NCBI GenBank assembly: GCA_002269645.1
Contig: NIVC01000984.1
Location: 433,202 to 497,201, forward strand
Reading direction: 5' to 3'
From: Macrostomum lignano
Taxonomy: Eukaryota
DNA length: 64,000 nucleotides
In this document: one piece after another, positions 23,880 to 35,650 of the stretch
How positions within the stretch are numbered: position 1 is the stretch's first letter
Layout of the letters: every line of letters starts with the position of its first letter
Notes under the pieces: generated by a model
What the model saw: the letters and a program-made list of their open reading frames with translations, nothing else
Told to the model about the DNA's origin: nothing
Databases searched by the model: none
Program-made: the position numbers and the translations under genes

Positions 23880-26800
23880 ATGCTACTGGCAGGGATTTTA
23901 GCACAGCTGCTCCTAGCAACCAATGCGGCGGAACCTGTCGCCGATGACGCGTCTGTCGATGAGCAGATCATCCGGATGCTGAATCTCACCAACGGCGGCT
24001 ATGTCAAAGGCGCCAGTCCGAGACCGATCAATGGCACGGCCGTCGTTGTGACCATCATGATTGAGATAGTCAAGCTCATTGATGTCGTAAGTAGAGCCGG
24101 TTTGTCCGGATTTGCGCTAAATCATCGCATTCTCATTTGTTAATTTATTTGTGCTCTTTACAGGACATGGTCAAGCAGTTCATTGTGCTGGAGAACAGAG
24201 TTTCCATGGTAAGCAGTCTGTTAAACATGCACTGACTCTCATGCCACCTCACTCTCTGACTCTCATGCCAACCACCACCCATGACTCTCGTGCCACCCTC
24301 ACCCCTGACTCTCATGCCACCCTCACCCCTGACTTTCATGCCAACCACCACCCATGACTCTCGTGCCACCCTCACCCCTGACTCTCATGCCACCTCACTC
24401 TCTGACTCTCATGCCAACCACCACCCATGACTCTCGTGCCACCCTCACCCCTGACTCTCATGCCACCCTCACCCCTGACTCTCATGCCAACCACCACCCA
24501 TGACTCTCGTGCCACCCTCACCCCTGACTCTCATGCCACCTCACTCTCTGACTCTCATGCCAACCACCACCCATGACTCTCGTGCCACCCTCACCCCTGA
24601 CTCTCATGCCACCCTCACCCCTGACTCTCATGCCACCTCACTCTCTGACTCTCATGCCACCCTCACCCCTGACTCTCGTGCCACCCTCACAATCCCTGAC
24701 TCTCATGCCACCCTCACCCCTGACTCTCATGCCACCTCACCCCCTGACTCTCATGCCACCCTCACAATCCCTGACTCTCATGCCACCTCACCCCCTGACT
24801 CTCATGCCACCCTCACAATCCCTGACTCTCATGCCACCCTCACAATCCCTGACTCTCATGCCACCCTCACAATCCCTGACTCTCATGCCACCCTCACCCC
24901 TGACTCTTATGCCACCCTCACAATCCCTGACTCTCATGCCACAAGCCTCACTCCCTGACTCTCATGCTACAAGCCTCACCCCTGACTCTCATGCCACAAG
25001 CCTCATCCCCTGACTCTCATGCCACAAACCTCACCCCTGACTCTCATACCACCCTCTCCCCTGACTCTCATGCCACAAACCTCACCCCTGACTCTCATGC
25101 CACAAACCTCACCCCTGACTCTCATACCACCCTCTCCCCCTGACTCTTATGCCACAAACCTCACCCCTGACTCTCATACCACCCTCTCCCCCTGACTCTT
25201 ATGCCACAAACCTCACCCCTGACTCTCATACCACCCTCTCCCCTGACTCTTATGCCACAAACCTCACCCCTGACTCTCATACCACCCTCTCCCCCTGACT
25301 CTTATGCCACAAACCTCACCCCTGACTCTCATACCACCCTCTCCCCCTGACTCTTATGCCACAAACCTCACCCCTGACTCTCATACCACCCTCTCCCCCT
25401 GACTCTTATGCCACAAAGCTCACCCCTGACTCTCATACCACCCTCTCCCCTGACTCTTATGCCACAAAGCTCACCCCTGACTCTCATACCACCCTCTCCC
25501 CCTGACTCCCATGCCAGCCTCACTTCCCAAACACAGCCTTCTCGTTACTTCCAAGCACACATACAAGCATACACCTTCCTCATCGATCTATTTGCATCAA
25601 CCTTGGGACAACCTTCCAACCCGCAGCCTCACTCCAAAGCCAACGTGTTGACTCATCAATCATTTCTGCCACACTGATGTCAATACAACAGAACTGGACA
25701 GACCCCCGACTAGCCTGGAAAGGAATCGCCAGACCGGAACTGGCCGCAGTTGGCGCCATCTACGCGCCTCTGGATTGGCTGTGGACACCTGACATCAGCG
25801 TTAGCCAGCCGTGAGTTTGATAACTATCCTACTTATCTATTTGCTCCGAATGGTGTCTAAAACTGACAGGCTCTGGGCATCCATTAGCAATATTTGACCA
25901 CCCATGCGGCTTGACAGACACTTTAAAGACACTTTACTTTAAAATGGTGCGGCTTATAATTAAATCCACTTTGGAGACTGTGTCAGACATTGGTGGGTGC
26001 CGCTTGTAATTTATGCCATCAACTTTCACACATCGCACGGCTGGGATTCTTTATTGACTTCTTATTCAATACTAATTTTTGTGTTTCTACTCGTATCTTT
26101 ATTTCCGAGTGTTCCTATATCCTTTTCTCATCTGTATTCCTATCCTTATCTCACCTGTATTTATATCCATATCTCACCTGTATTCCTAGCCTTATCTCAC
26201 CTGTATACCTATCCTTATCTCACCTGTATTCCTATCCTTATCTCACCTGTATTCCTATCCTTATCTCACCTGTATTCCTCTCCTTATCTCACCTGTATTC
26301 CTAGCCTTATCTCACCTGTATTCCTATCCATATCTCACCTGTATTCCTCTCCTTATCTCACCTGTATTCCTAGCCTTATCTCGCCTGTATTCCTATCCTT
26401 ATCTCACCTGTATTCCTATCCTTATCTCACCTGTATTTATATCCATATCTCACCTGTATTCCTAGCCTTATCTCACCTGTATACCTATCCTTATCTCACC
26501 TGTATTCCTATCCTTATCTCACCTGTATTCCTATCCATATCTCACCTGTATTCCTCTCCTTATCTCACCTGTATTCCTAGCCTTATCTCACCTGTATTCC
26601 TATCCATATCTCACCTGTATTCCTCTCCTTATCTCACCTGTATTCCTAGCCTTATCTCGCCTGTATTCCTATCCTTATCTCACCTGTATTCCTATCCTTA
26701 TCTCACCTGTATTTATATCCATATCTCACCTGTATTCCTAGCCTTATCTCACCTGTATACCTATCCTTATCTCACCTGTATTCCTATCCTTATCTCACCT

Positions 26801-29158
26801 GTATTCCTATCCATATCTCACCTGTATTCCTCTCCTTATCTCACCTGTATTCCTAGCCTTATCTCACCTGTATTCCTATCCATATCTCACCTGTATTCCT
26901 CTCCTTATCTCACCTGTATTCCTAGCCTTATCTCGCCTGTATTCCTATCCTTATCTCACCTGTATTCCTATCCTTATCTCACCTGTATATTCATATCCTT
27001 ATCTCACCTGTATACCTATCCTTATCTCACCTGTATTCCTATCCTTATCTCACCTGTATTCCTCTCCTTATCTCACCTGTATTCCTATCCATATCTCACC
27101 TGTATTCCTCTCCTTATCTCACCTGTATTCCTAGCCTTATCTCACCTGTATTCCTATCCTTATCTCACCTGTATTCCTATCCTTATCTCACCTGTATTTA
27201 TATCCATATCTCACCTGTATTCCTAGCCTTATCTCACCTGTATACCTATCCTTATCTCACCTGTATTCCTATCCTTATCTCACCTGTATTCCTATCCATA
27301 TCTCACCTGTATTCCTATCCTTATCTCACCTGTATTCCTATCCTTATCTCACCTGTATTCCTAGCCTTATCTCACCTTTATTCCTATCCTTTTTTATCTC
27401 ACCTGTATTCCTAGCCTTATCTCACCTGTATTCCTATCCTTATCTCACCTGTATTCCTATCCTTATCCCACCTGTATTCCTAGCCTTATATCACCTGTAT
27501 TCCTATCCTTATCTCACCTGTATTCCTATCCTTATCTCACCTGTATTCCTAGCCTTATCTCACCTGTATTCCTATCCTTATCTCACCTGTATTCCTAGCC
27601 TTATCTCACCTTTATTCCTATCCTTTTTTATCTCACCTGTATTCCTATCCTTATCTCTCCTGCACTTCTACGAGTATCCTTATTTTCCTTGTGCCCGAAC
27701 TTCACAACCATAGCCTGAACATTTCCAGTGTGGAGATTCGCAACCACGATCAGAGCAAACTGCTAGCCGAGATCAGCTCAGACGGTCAGGTGCAAACCAA
27801 GCTGGCATTCGGCTTAACAAAAAAATGCAACATGCAGCTGGCCAGCTTTCCGTTTGACAAACAGCAGTGCAATTTCAGCATGGCCTCGGGCCAGAGACCG
27901 CCCAATTCGCTGCGGCTCAGAGTGGTGCGAAGCATCGCTATTGACCTATCGATTCGGTTTCTCCGCAGCAACGAGTACTGCGTCACTGCCGTTGACTCGA
28001 TTCTGAAATGGGTCTATTCTAGTTACCACCAGATGGAGGTTATCATTACTTTTAAGGTACAGACTTTTAGTTGACTGACGACTGCATTGTTATAACGCAA
28101 ATATTTTGTTTCAATTTCTGGCCAAATATTTACACTCAACACTCCAGAGACTGCCGATGTACTACGTCATAGTGCTCATCATCCCCAGCGCCCTCATCCT
28201 CGCCACCTGCATCTTCGGCTTTCTCCTGCCAGCGGACTCGGGCGACCGACTGGCACTGAATGTGGCCATCCTGCTGTCAATGAGTGTGTTCCTGCAGCTG
28301 GCGGGCAGCATCACTCCTGCTCAGAGCGAGTCTGTTCCAGTGCTCAGTGAGTCCAAGTGTATGGCTATTGATGTGTGCAGTGCTGTGCTGTGCTGTGCTG
28401 TGGTGTGCTGTGCTGTGCTGTATTGTGCTGTGCTGTGCTGTGCTGTGCTGTGCTGTGCTGTATTGTGCTGTGCTGTGCTGTGCTGTGCTGTGCTGTGCTG
28501 TGCTGTGCTGTGCTGTGCTGTGCTATGCAGCTACACTGAGTCAAGCCTGTCTCTGCCCATCCCCAGCCTGGTACTTCACGGTGGCCATGGCTGTGACCGC
28601 TCTGAGCACAATCGGCAGCATAGTTGTGCACCTGTGCTACAGGAGAGCTGCATCGCGGGAGGCTGTGAGCAACCCAGTGCTGAGGCTGCTGTTCCTCAAC
28701 CGCCTGTGCGGCTGGAAGAACACTGTGGTGAGACGAGCTAAGAGTTCTGCTTGTAAATTTGTTATTTAGCGCATTTTAGATTAATTAGCAGAGATTCTGG
28801 ACTTTTACATGGCAATGGTTCTGACTTCCTAAATCTGATGTGTACTCTGTCTGGAGCTCCTGAGTTCGAGCCCCATGCCTGCCTCTAAATTTTCACCTGA
28901 GCATTTCATTCCGCCCCAAAGCAGGCCGATGACGACTCCGCCTGGGCTGACCAGGTCGGCAAGCAAACGAGCGTCGCCCCAGCAACGACTTCCATGGAAA
29001 CTGCCGAGTGGCGTCAAATCGGTCGCATCATCGATCGGCTGCTGGCCTTCGGCGCGATCGTTGCTTCAGCTGGCATTCTGATCTGTCTGGCTCTCACCGC
29101 GGCGGGGAGCGGCGACTGCGAGCCCGCTTTGAGAAAAATAAGATTTTCTGAATTCTGA
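23880..29158 (+). CDS. nAChR-like Cys-loop ligand-gated ion channel, gene A, 435 aa; exons 23880-24086, 24164-24208, 25692-25810, 27714-28056, 28148-28346, 28567-28727, 28925-29158
   Basis: Signal peptide; WTDPRLAW, WLWTPDI, Cys-loop CNMQLASFPFDKQQC, M1-M2 FLLPADSGDRLAL, M3, M4 EWRQIGRIIDRL; AATAAA at 29303-29308. Confidence 0.9.
24230..25520. repeat. 24-27-bp minisatellite (ctgactctcatgccaccctcaccc)n in gene A intron 2
   Basis: Tandem units whose composition shifts along the array. Confidence 0.95.
26120..27660. repeat. 23-bp minisatellite (atctcacctgtattcctatcctt)n in gene A intron 3
   Basis: About 65 units. Confidence 0.95.
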
Positions 29159-29329
29159 TTCCGGCTCAATCATCGGACACCGTGCCTGATCGCTGACGCC
29201 TGCTTACTGAGCTCCTCTGTTCTATGAAGCTGCATCTTTCTAATAATCCTCTGTCATCGATATTATCTGGATATTTATTAATTTTCCTGATATGCTATAG
29301 GAAATAAACTCTCCCAGTAGTTTTAGGTT

Positions 29330-29745
29330 TGAATCTTAGTGAGTCCTTTAATGGTCCTAGGTTCGAATCCATATGGTTGATCCTATAATAGTCCTAGGTT
29401 CGAATCCATATAGTTGATCCTATAATAGTCCTAGGTTCGAATCCATATAGTTGATCTTATAATAGTCCTAGGTTCGAATCCGTATAGTTGATCCTATAAT
29501 AGTCCTAGTTTTGAATCCATATAGTTGATCCTATAATAGTCCTAGGTTCGAATCCATATAGTTGATCCTATAATAGTCCTAGGTTCGAATCCATATAGTT
29601 GATCCTATAATAGTCCTAGGTTCGAATCCTACTTAGTGAGTTCCAAAATTGTCCTAGGTTCGAATCCTGCTTATTGCATCCTATAATGGTCCTTGGTTCG
29701 AATGCTGCTTACCTCACCTTATCATAGTCTCAGGTTCGAATCCTA
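29330..29745. repeat. 37-bp minisatellite carrying the Pol III B-box consensus GGTTCGAATCC
   Basis: Unit ctataatagtcctaggttcgaatccatatagttgatc; 9 exact GGTTCGAATCC copies and 3 variants. Confidence 0.9.
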
Positions 29746-30489
29746 AAAAAAATGAAGCAGAAGGCCGCCGCAAATCGTGCGGATTTTGTTGCAGGCCGAT
29801 TCCAGCTGCCAACTGCATTGGCAAGATTTGAAGTTTTCAGTTTTTTTAAACATTAAATCCACAACTTTTCAACTACTGGAATTTTGCCATACACATCGGG
29901 AGAAGAGGGAAGTGCGCAAAGATCGCAAGAGTGGCTCTTGAGAAGGAAAGCCGCTCCGATCGCAACGATCGCCCCGAAAAAGAGCCATCTTTGAAACGCA
30001 AACAGCTGACACCTTGAGGCGCGAAGACTTTTGAGTTTCAATGAGCTTCAAACGGACACAGGTCGAGACGAGATTAGCGAGAATTTGGTACTGCCTGGGC
30101 ACTGAATCGGATGTTGTGATGCAGCGCCGACCGCATGAGCATCCGGATTTAACACGCCCGACCATCCCGAAAACGGCGGTGATGTCGGTGTTGAAGGTCA
30201 CGAGCCGATCACAAAAACGGACGATGAAGATGAAAGTATCGATCGCTTCCAGCTTCTTGATGGGAAGGCCCTTAAAAAAGGCGCTGTCGCTGTCGTGATC
30301 GCAGTTGATGTAGAGCCAGCCAGGTGAGTGTCCAGAATATGTCGATTGACTTTTGAGTTGCAACGAGCTTCAAACGGACACAGAGGTCGAGTTATTTTTG
30401 CTCATCCTACAAAATTTATGATCGACATTGCAGAAGTAAAACTAACAAACCTGAGCTGATGTTAGTTTATAGTAATACTAGTGGCCATG

Positions 30490-31005
30490 TCATGTCAATG
30501 GTTTCCAGTGCTAATGGTGCTAATGATGCTGATTATGCTGATTATGCTATTGATGCTAATGGTGCTAATGGTGCTAATGATGCTAATGATGCTATTGATG
30601 CTAATGGTGCTAATGGTGCTAATGATGCTAATGATGCTAATGATGCTATTGATGCTAATGATGCTAATAATGCTAATGGTGCTATTGATGCTAATGGTGC
30701 TAATGGTGCTAATGATGCTAATGATGCTAATGATGCTATTGATGCTAATGATGCTAATAGTGCTAATGGTGCTAATGGTGCTAACGATGCTAATGATGCT
30801 AATGGTGCTAATGATGCTAATAGTGCTAATGGTGCTAATGATGCTAATAGTGCTAATGGTGCTAATGATGCTAATAGTGCTAATGGTGCTAATGGTGCTA
30901 ATGGTGCTAATGATGCTAATGATGCTAATGATGCTATTGATGCTAATGATGCTAATGGTGCTAATGATGCTAATAGTGCTAATGGTGCTAACGATGCTAA
31001 TGATT
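30490..31005. repeat. 9-bp repeat (gctaatgat/gctaatggt)n
   Basis: Tandem 9-mers; source of the AND/ANG pseudo-ORF. Confidence 0.9.
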
Positions 31006-31266
31006 CCAACTGTCTAAAGTCAACAAACTCAGGATGTTTGCGTGCGTGTCTGAGCATTGTTATTATTCGGCAAACAGAACTGCTGGATTAATTACTTAAG
31101 CCCAGCTCAGATGCTGATCAGCCAAATCAAATGAGCCCCCCCTCTCTGTATTTGCGCAATTTTTTATGGAGCCAAACTGTCTGACTGCTTGCTAACTGAT
31201 AACTGGCTATGAATATTAATAGTTTATTCTGCAGCACTGGAGCCCGGAATTAGTCCAGCCTCGCTG

Positions 31267-34200
31267 ATGAAGCCTCCTCGAGCACTGACTCACCGGGCAG
31301 CCGGCCTGCTGCAAATGCTGCTCGCGCTCGCTTGGGTTCTGACTTCGGCCGGGCAATCCAGGAAGTCCAACCAGGAGAGAATTGTCGAGCTGCTGAACCT
31401 CACCTCCGGCTACTGCAAGGGCGCGGCGCCGCCTCCAGACAATGGCACAGCGAATGTTGTCATTGTGTCCATTAAAGTTGTTCGATTGAGCAGCGTGGTG
31501 AGTGCAGCTTGTGCATCTTGTGCTCAACTCTACCTTTGTGTAATAAAGCTGTTGCTGCTGCCATTCAGGATATTGTGAAACAGCAAGTGTCCATTGACCT
31601 CTGGATGATACTGGTAAGCCATCGTTTACATCTCAGTGTGTGCACCTCAGCTCAATCAAATCTCATAGGTATCTCACCTAAATCAACTCTCATAGGTATC
31701 TCACCTAAATCAAATCTCATAGGTATCTCACCTCAACCAAATCTCATATGCATCTCAGCTCAATCGAATTTCATATGCACCTCAGGTCAACCAAATCTCA
31801 TATGCATCTCACCTCAATCAACTCTCATAGGTATCTCACCTCAATCAACTCTCATAGGTATCTCACCTCAACCAAATCTCATAGGTATCTCACCTCAATC
31901 AAATATCATAGGTATCTCACCTCAATCAAATCTCATAGGTATTTCAGCTCAATCAAATCTCATAGGTATCTCGTCTCAATCAAATCTCATATGTATCTCA
32001 GCTCAATCGAATCTCATATGCATCTCAGCTCATTCAAATCTCATATGCATCTCAGCTCAATCAAATCTCATATGCAGTTACGAGCATAGCAATGTGCTAT
32101 TAATAAAAAAATTTATTCAGAGATGGACAGATGCCCGATTAGCCTGGAATGACACAAGCGATGAAAGCTTAGCCAAGGTTGAGAAAATCTTCGTGCCGAC
32201 TGACTGGCTGTGGCTGCCCGATGTGACCGTGGACCACCCGTAAGTACATGCATCATGTAACTGTGTATGTTTATCATGTAGTTGCGTGTGTGTATCATGT
32301 AACTGTTTATGTGTATCATGTAGTTGCGTATGTGTATCATGTAACTGTGTATGTGTATCATTTAGTTGCGTATGTGTATTATGTAACTGTATATGTGTAT
32401 CATGTAGTTGCGTATGTGTATCATGTAGCTGTGTATGTGTATTATTTAACTGTATATGTGTATAATGTAACTAACTGTGGTTGTGTTTTAGAGTTTCGTA
32501 TGAGTAACATGTAGTTCTGTATGTGTTTCATGTAACTGTGTATGTGTATCATGTACCGGTAGTTGCGTATGTGTATCATGTAACTGTTTATGTGTATCAT
32601 GTAGTTGCGGATGTGTATCATGTAACTGTGCATGTATCATGTAGCTGTGCATGTATCATGTAGCTGTGCATGCATCATGTAGTTTTGCATGTATCATGTA
32701 GATGTGCATGTATCATGTAGATGTGCATGTATCATGTAGATGTGCATGTATTATGTAGATGTGCATGTATCATGTAGATGTGCATGTATCATGTAACTTT
32801 AAAAGCAATGCCTTGTCATTGTGGCGAACACAGAGCAATACCTACTCCTGCAACGCAGAGTCGAAATCCGCAATTATGAGGCCAATAAACACTTGTCTAT
32901 TGTCTACCAAAATGGAATTGTAATAATCGGCATTCCATACGGAGTAACCAGCAGGTGTCCGATGAACATGGCGTATTTTCCCTTCGACTCCCAGCAGTGT
33001 AACGCAACCTTCTCCTCGGCTGTGAAAACGCCTGCGGATTTGCAGCTTGAATTGGGACAGGAGGCAAACAAAACCTATGCCGATCTTAACAAGGAGAGCA
33101 ACGAATTCTGCATCAGCCACATTGAAACTTCAAAAGTATCTATCTATGAATATTACGAAAAAGTTCAGGTTTCAATCAGCTTCAAGGCAAGTAGCAGATG
33201 AGTTGAACATCTGTGCTTTACCAGCTGCATCACTCAGCCTCTCACTCCCCACCCCATTGCACAGCAGTCTCTGTGCTAAGTGCCCGCTCAGCCTCCCGCT
33301 CCCCACCCCATTGCACAGCAGTCTCTGTGCTGAGTGCCCGCTCAGCCTCCCGCACCCCACCCCTTTGCAGAGGCGGCCCCTCTACTACATCATCGTGCTC
33401 ATCATCCCCAGCGCCCTCATCCTCGCCACCTGCATCTTCGGCTTTCTCCTGCCAGCGGACTCGGGCGACCGACTGGCACTGAATGTGGCCATCCTGCTGT
33501 CAATGAGTGTGTTCCTGCAGCTGGCGGGCAGCATCACTCCTGCTCAGAGCGAGTCCGTTCCAGTGCTCAGTGAGTCAGAGTGTATGGCTATTGATGTGTG
33601 CTGTGCTGTGCTGTGCTGTGCTGTGCTGTGCTGTGCTGTGCTGTGCTGTGCTGTGCTGTGCTGTGCTGTGCTGTGCTGTGCTGTGCTGTGCTGTGCTGTG
33701 CTGTGCTGTGCTGTGCTGTGCTGTGCTGTGCTGTGCTGTGCTGTGCTGTGCTGTGCTGTGCTGTGCTGTGCTGTGCTGTGCTGTGCTGTGCTGTGCTGTG
33801 CTGTGCTGTGCTGTGCTGTGCTGTGCTGTGCTGTGCTGTGCTGTGCTGTGTTGTGCTGTGCTGTGCTGTGCTGTGCTGTGCTGTACTGTGCTGTGCTGTG
33901 CTGTACTGTGCTGTGCTGTGCTGTGCTGTGCTGTGCTGTGCTGTGCTGTGCTGTGCTGTGCTGTGCTGTGCTGTGCTGTGCTGTGCTGTGCTGTGCTGTG
34001 CTGTACTGTGCTGTGCTGTGCTGTGCAGCTACACTGAGCCAAGCCTGTCTCTGCCCATCCCCAGCCTGGTACTTCACGGTGGCCATGGCTGTGACCGCTC
34101 TGAGCACAATCGGCAGCATAGTTGTGCACCTGTGCTACAGGAGAGCTGCATCGCGGGAGGCTGTGAGCAGCCCAGTGCTGAGGCTGTTGTTCCTCAACCG

Positions 34201-34357
34201 CCTGTGCGGTTTTCAAGGCAGCGACCCCGCGGATGCGTGGCGTCACATCGGCTCTGTAGTGGACCGCCTGCTGATTGCCTGCGCTGTCCTGTCCGCTGCA
34301 GCTGTTGGCGGGCTGCTTGTCGTCACAGCTGCCAATAGCGGCTTTGTAGCTTGCTGA
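31267..34357 (+). CDS. nAChR-like Cys-loop channel, gene B, ~404 aa; exons 31267-31497, 31569-31613, 32121-32239, 32859-33186 (GC donor), 33371-33569, 34065-34357
   Basis: Signal peptide; WTDARLAW, WLWLPDV, CPMNMAYFPFDSQQC, same M1-M3 as gene A, M4 AWRHIGSVVDRL. Confidence 0.88.
31630..32080. repeat. 27-bp minisatellite (ggtatctcacctcaatcaaatctcata)n in gene B intron 2
   Basis: Tandem units. Confidence 0.9.
32250..32800. repeat. AT-rich minisatellite built on tatcatgtag/tatcatgtaa in gene B intron 3
   Basis: Units of ~19-21 bp (gtgtatcatgtagttgcgtat, gtgcatgtatcatgtagat). Confidence 0.9.
33599..34026. repeat. (CTGTG)n pentanucleotide tract in gene B intron 5; homologous tracts at ~28375-28525 (A), ~37919-38150 (C), ~44263-44427 (D)
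   Basis: Direct reading; near-identical flanks in all four paralogs. Confidence 0.97.
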
Positions 34358-34439
34358 TGGATTTGACACCGACCTCTTACTAACCGTGACACACTAGTAA
34401 AATCATCTGAATGGCATCATAAAATTATAACTGTTTTTA

Positions 34440-34915
34440 AACGAGCCAATAACTGTGTACCGATGAGCTAATAACTGTGTGCCAATGAGCCAATAACTGT
34501 GTACCAATGAGCCAATGGCTGTGTACCAAAGAACTATTTGTCTGTGTACCAATGAGCCAATAACTGTGTACCAATGAGCCAATAACTGTGTACCAATGAG
34601 CCAATGGCTGTGTACAAATGAGCCAATGGCTGTGTACAAATGAGCCAATGGCTGTGTACCAATGAGCCAATTACTGTGTACCAAAGAACTTTTGTCTGTG
34701 TACCAATGAGCCAATGGCTGTGTACCAAAGAACTATTTGTCTGTGTACCAATGAGCCAATCACTGTGTACCAAAGAACTTTTGTCTGTATACCAATGAGC
34801 CAATGACTGTGTACCAAAGAACTATTTGTCTGTGTACCAATGAGCCAATGGCTGGGTACCAAAGAACTTTTGTCTGTGTACCAATGAGCCAATGGCTGTG
34901 TACCAATGAGTCAAT
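34440..34915. repeat. 22/23-bp minisatellite (gtgtaccaatgagccaatggct)n
   Basis: Tandem units downstream of gene B. Confidence 0.9.
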
Positions 34916-35066
34916 AGCTATTTATTAATTCAAATATTGTGAGAGCAGCTGTCATTCGAGTCGTAATTTAAACAATAATTTATCGACTCACTTGTATAGT
35001 AAGAATATTGTGTCCCTTCGCAGCTGTCCCAAGGTGTCCCTGTGTAGGTGTAGGTGTCCCAAGCTC

Positions 35067-35650
35067 AACCTCCCGTTCTGTTACCAATGTGTCTGTTTTA
35101 ACCTCCCGGTCTGTTACCAATGTGCTTTTTAACCTCCCGTTCCGTTACCAATGTGCTTTTTAACCTCCCGTTCTGTTACCAATGTGCTTTTTAACCTCCC
35201 GTTCTGTTACCAATGTGCTTTTTAACCTCCCGTTCTGTTACCAATGTGTCTGTTTTAACCTCCCGTTATGTTACCAATGTGTCTGTTTTAACCTCCCGTT
35301 ATGTTACCAATGTGTCTGTTTCAACCTCCCGTTCTGTTACCAATGTGTCTGTTTCAACCTCCCGTTCTGTTACCAATGTGTCTGTTTCAACCTCCCGTTC
35401 TGTTACCAATGTGTCTGTTTCAACCTCCCGTTCTGTTACCAATGTGTCTGTTTCAACCTCCCGTTCTGTTACCAATGTGTCTGTTTTAACCTCCCGTTAT
35501 GTTACCAATGTGTTTTTTAACCTCCCGTTCTGTTACCAATGTGTTTTTTAACCTCCCGTTATGTTACCAATGTGTCTGTTTCAACCTCCCGTTCTGTTAC
35601 CAATGTGCTTTTTAACCTCCCGTTCTGTTACCAATGTGCTTTTTAACCAA
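35067..35650. repeat. 31/33-bp minisatellite (aacctcccgttctgttaccaatgtgtctgtttc)n
   Basis: Tandem units; ends in an inverted part-unit cattggtaaca (~35659-35669). Confidence 0.9.

Noticed and set aside
15290-27660. Splice-donor motifs in satellites kept only on the antisense strand (gtaagt/gtgagt in the 36-mer, caggtgag in the 23-mer)
   Set aside because: The MATE intron-4 satellite has gtgagt on the sense strand, so no consistent bias.
29330-29745. tRNA gene cluster
   Set aside because: Only the T-loop/B-box motif is present; no acceptor stem, D-arm or anticodon arm.
30459-31091. 210-aa Ala-Asn-Asp/Gly repeat protein (antifreeze-like)
   Set aside because: Variation among 9-mers is almost all non-synonymous, several frames are open, and there is no signal peptide or splice context.
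33598-34026. Cys-rich (CCAVL)n or (QHSTA)n protein segment inserted between M2 and M3
   Set aside because: Bounded by canonical gtgagt and cag/tag sites; removing it restores the normal M2-M3 linker.
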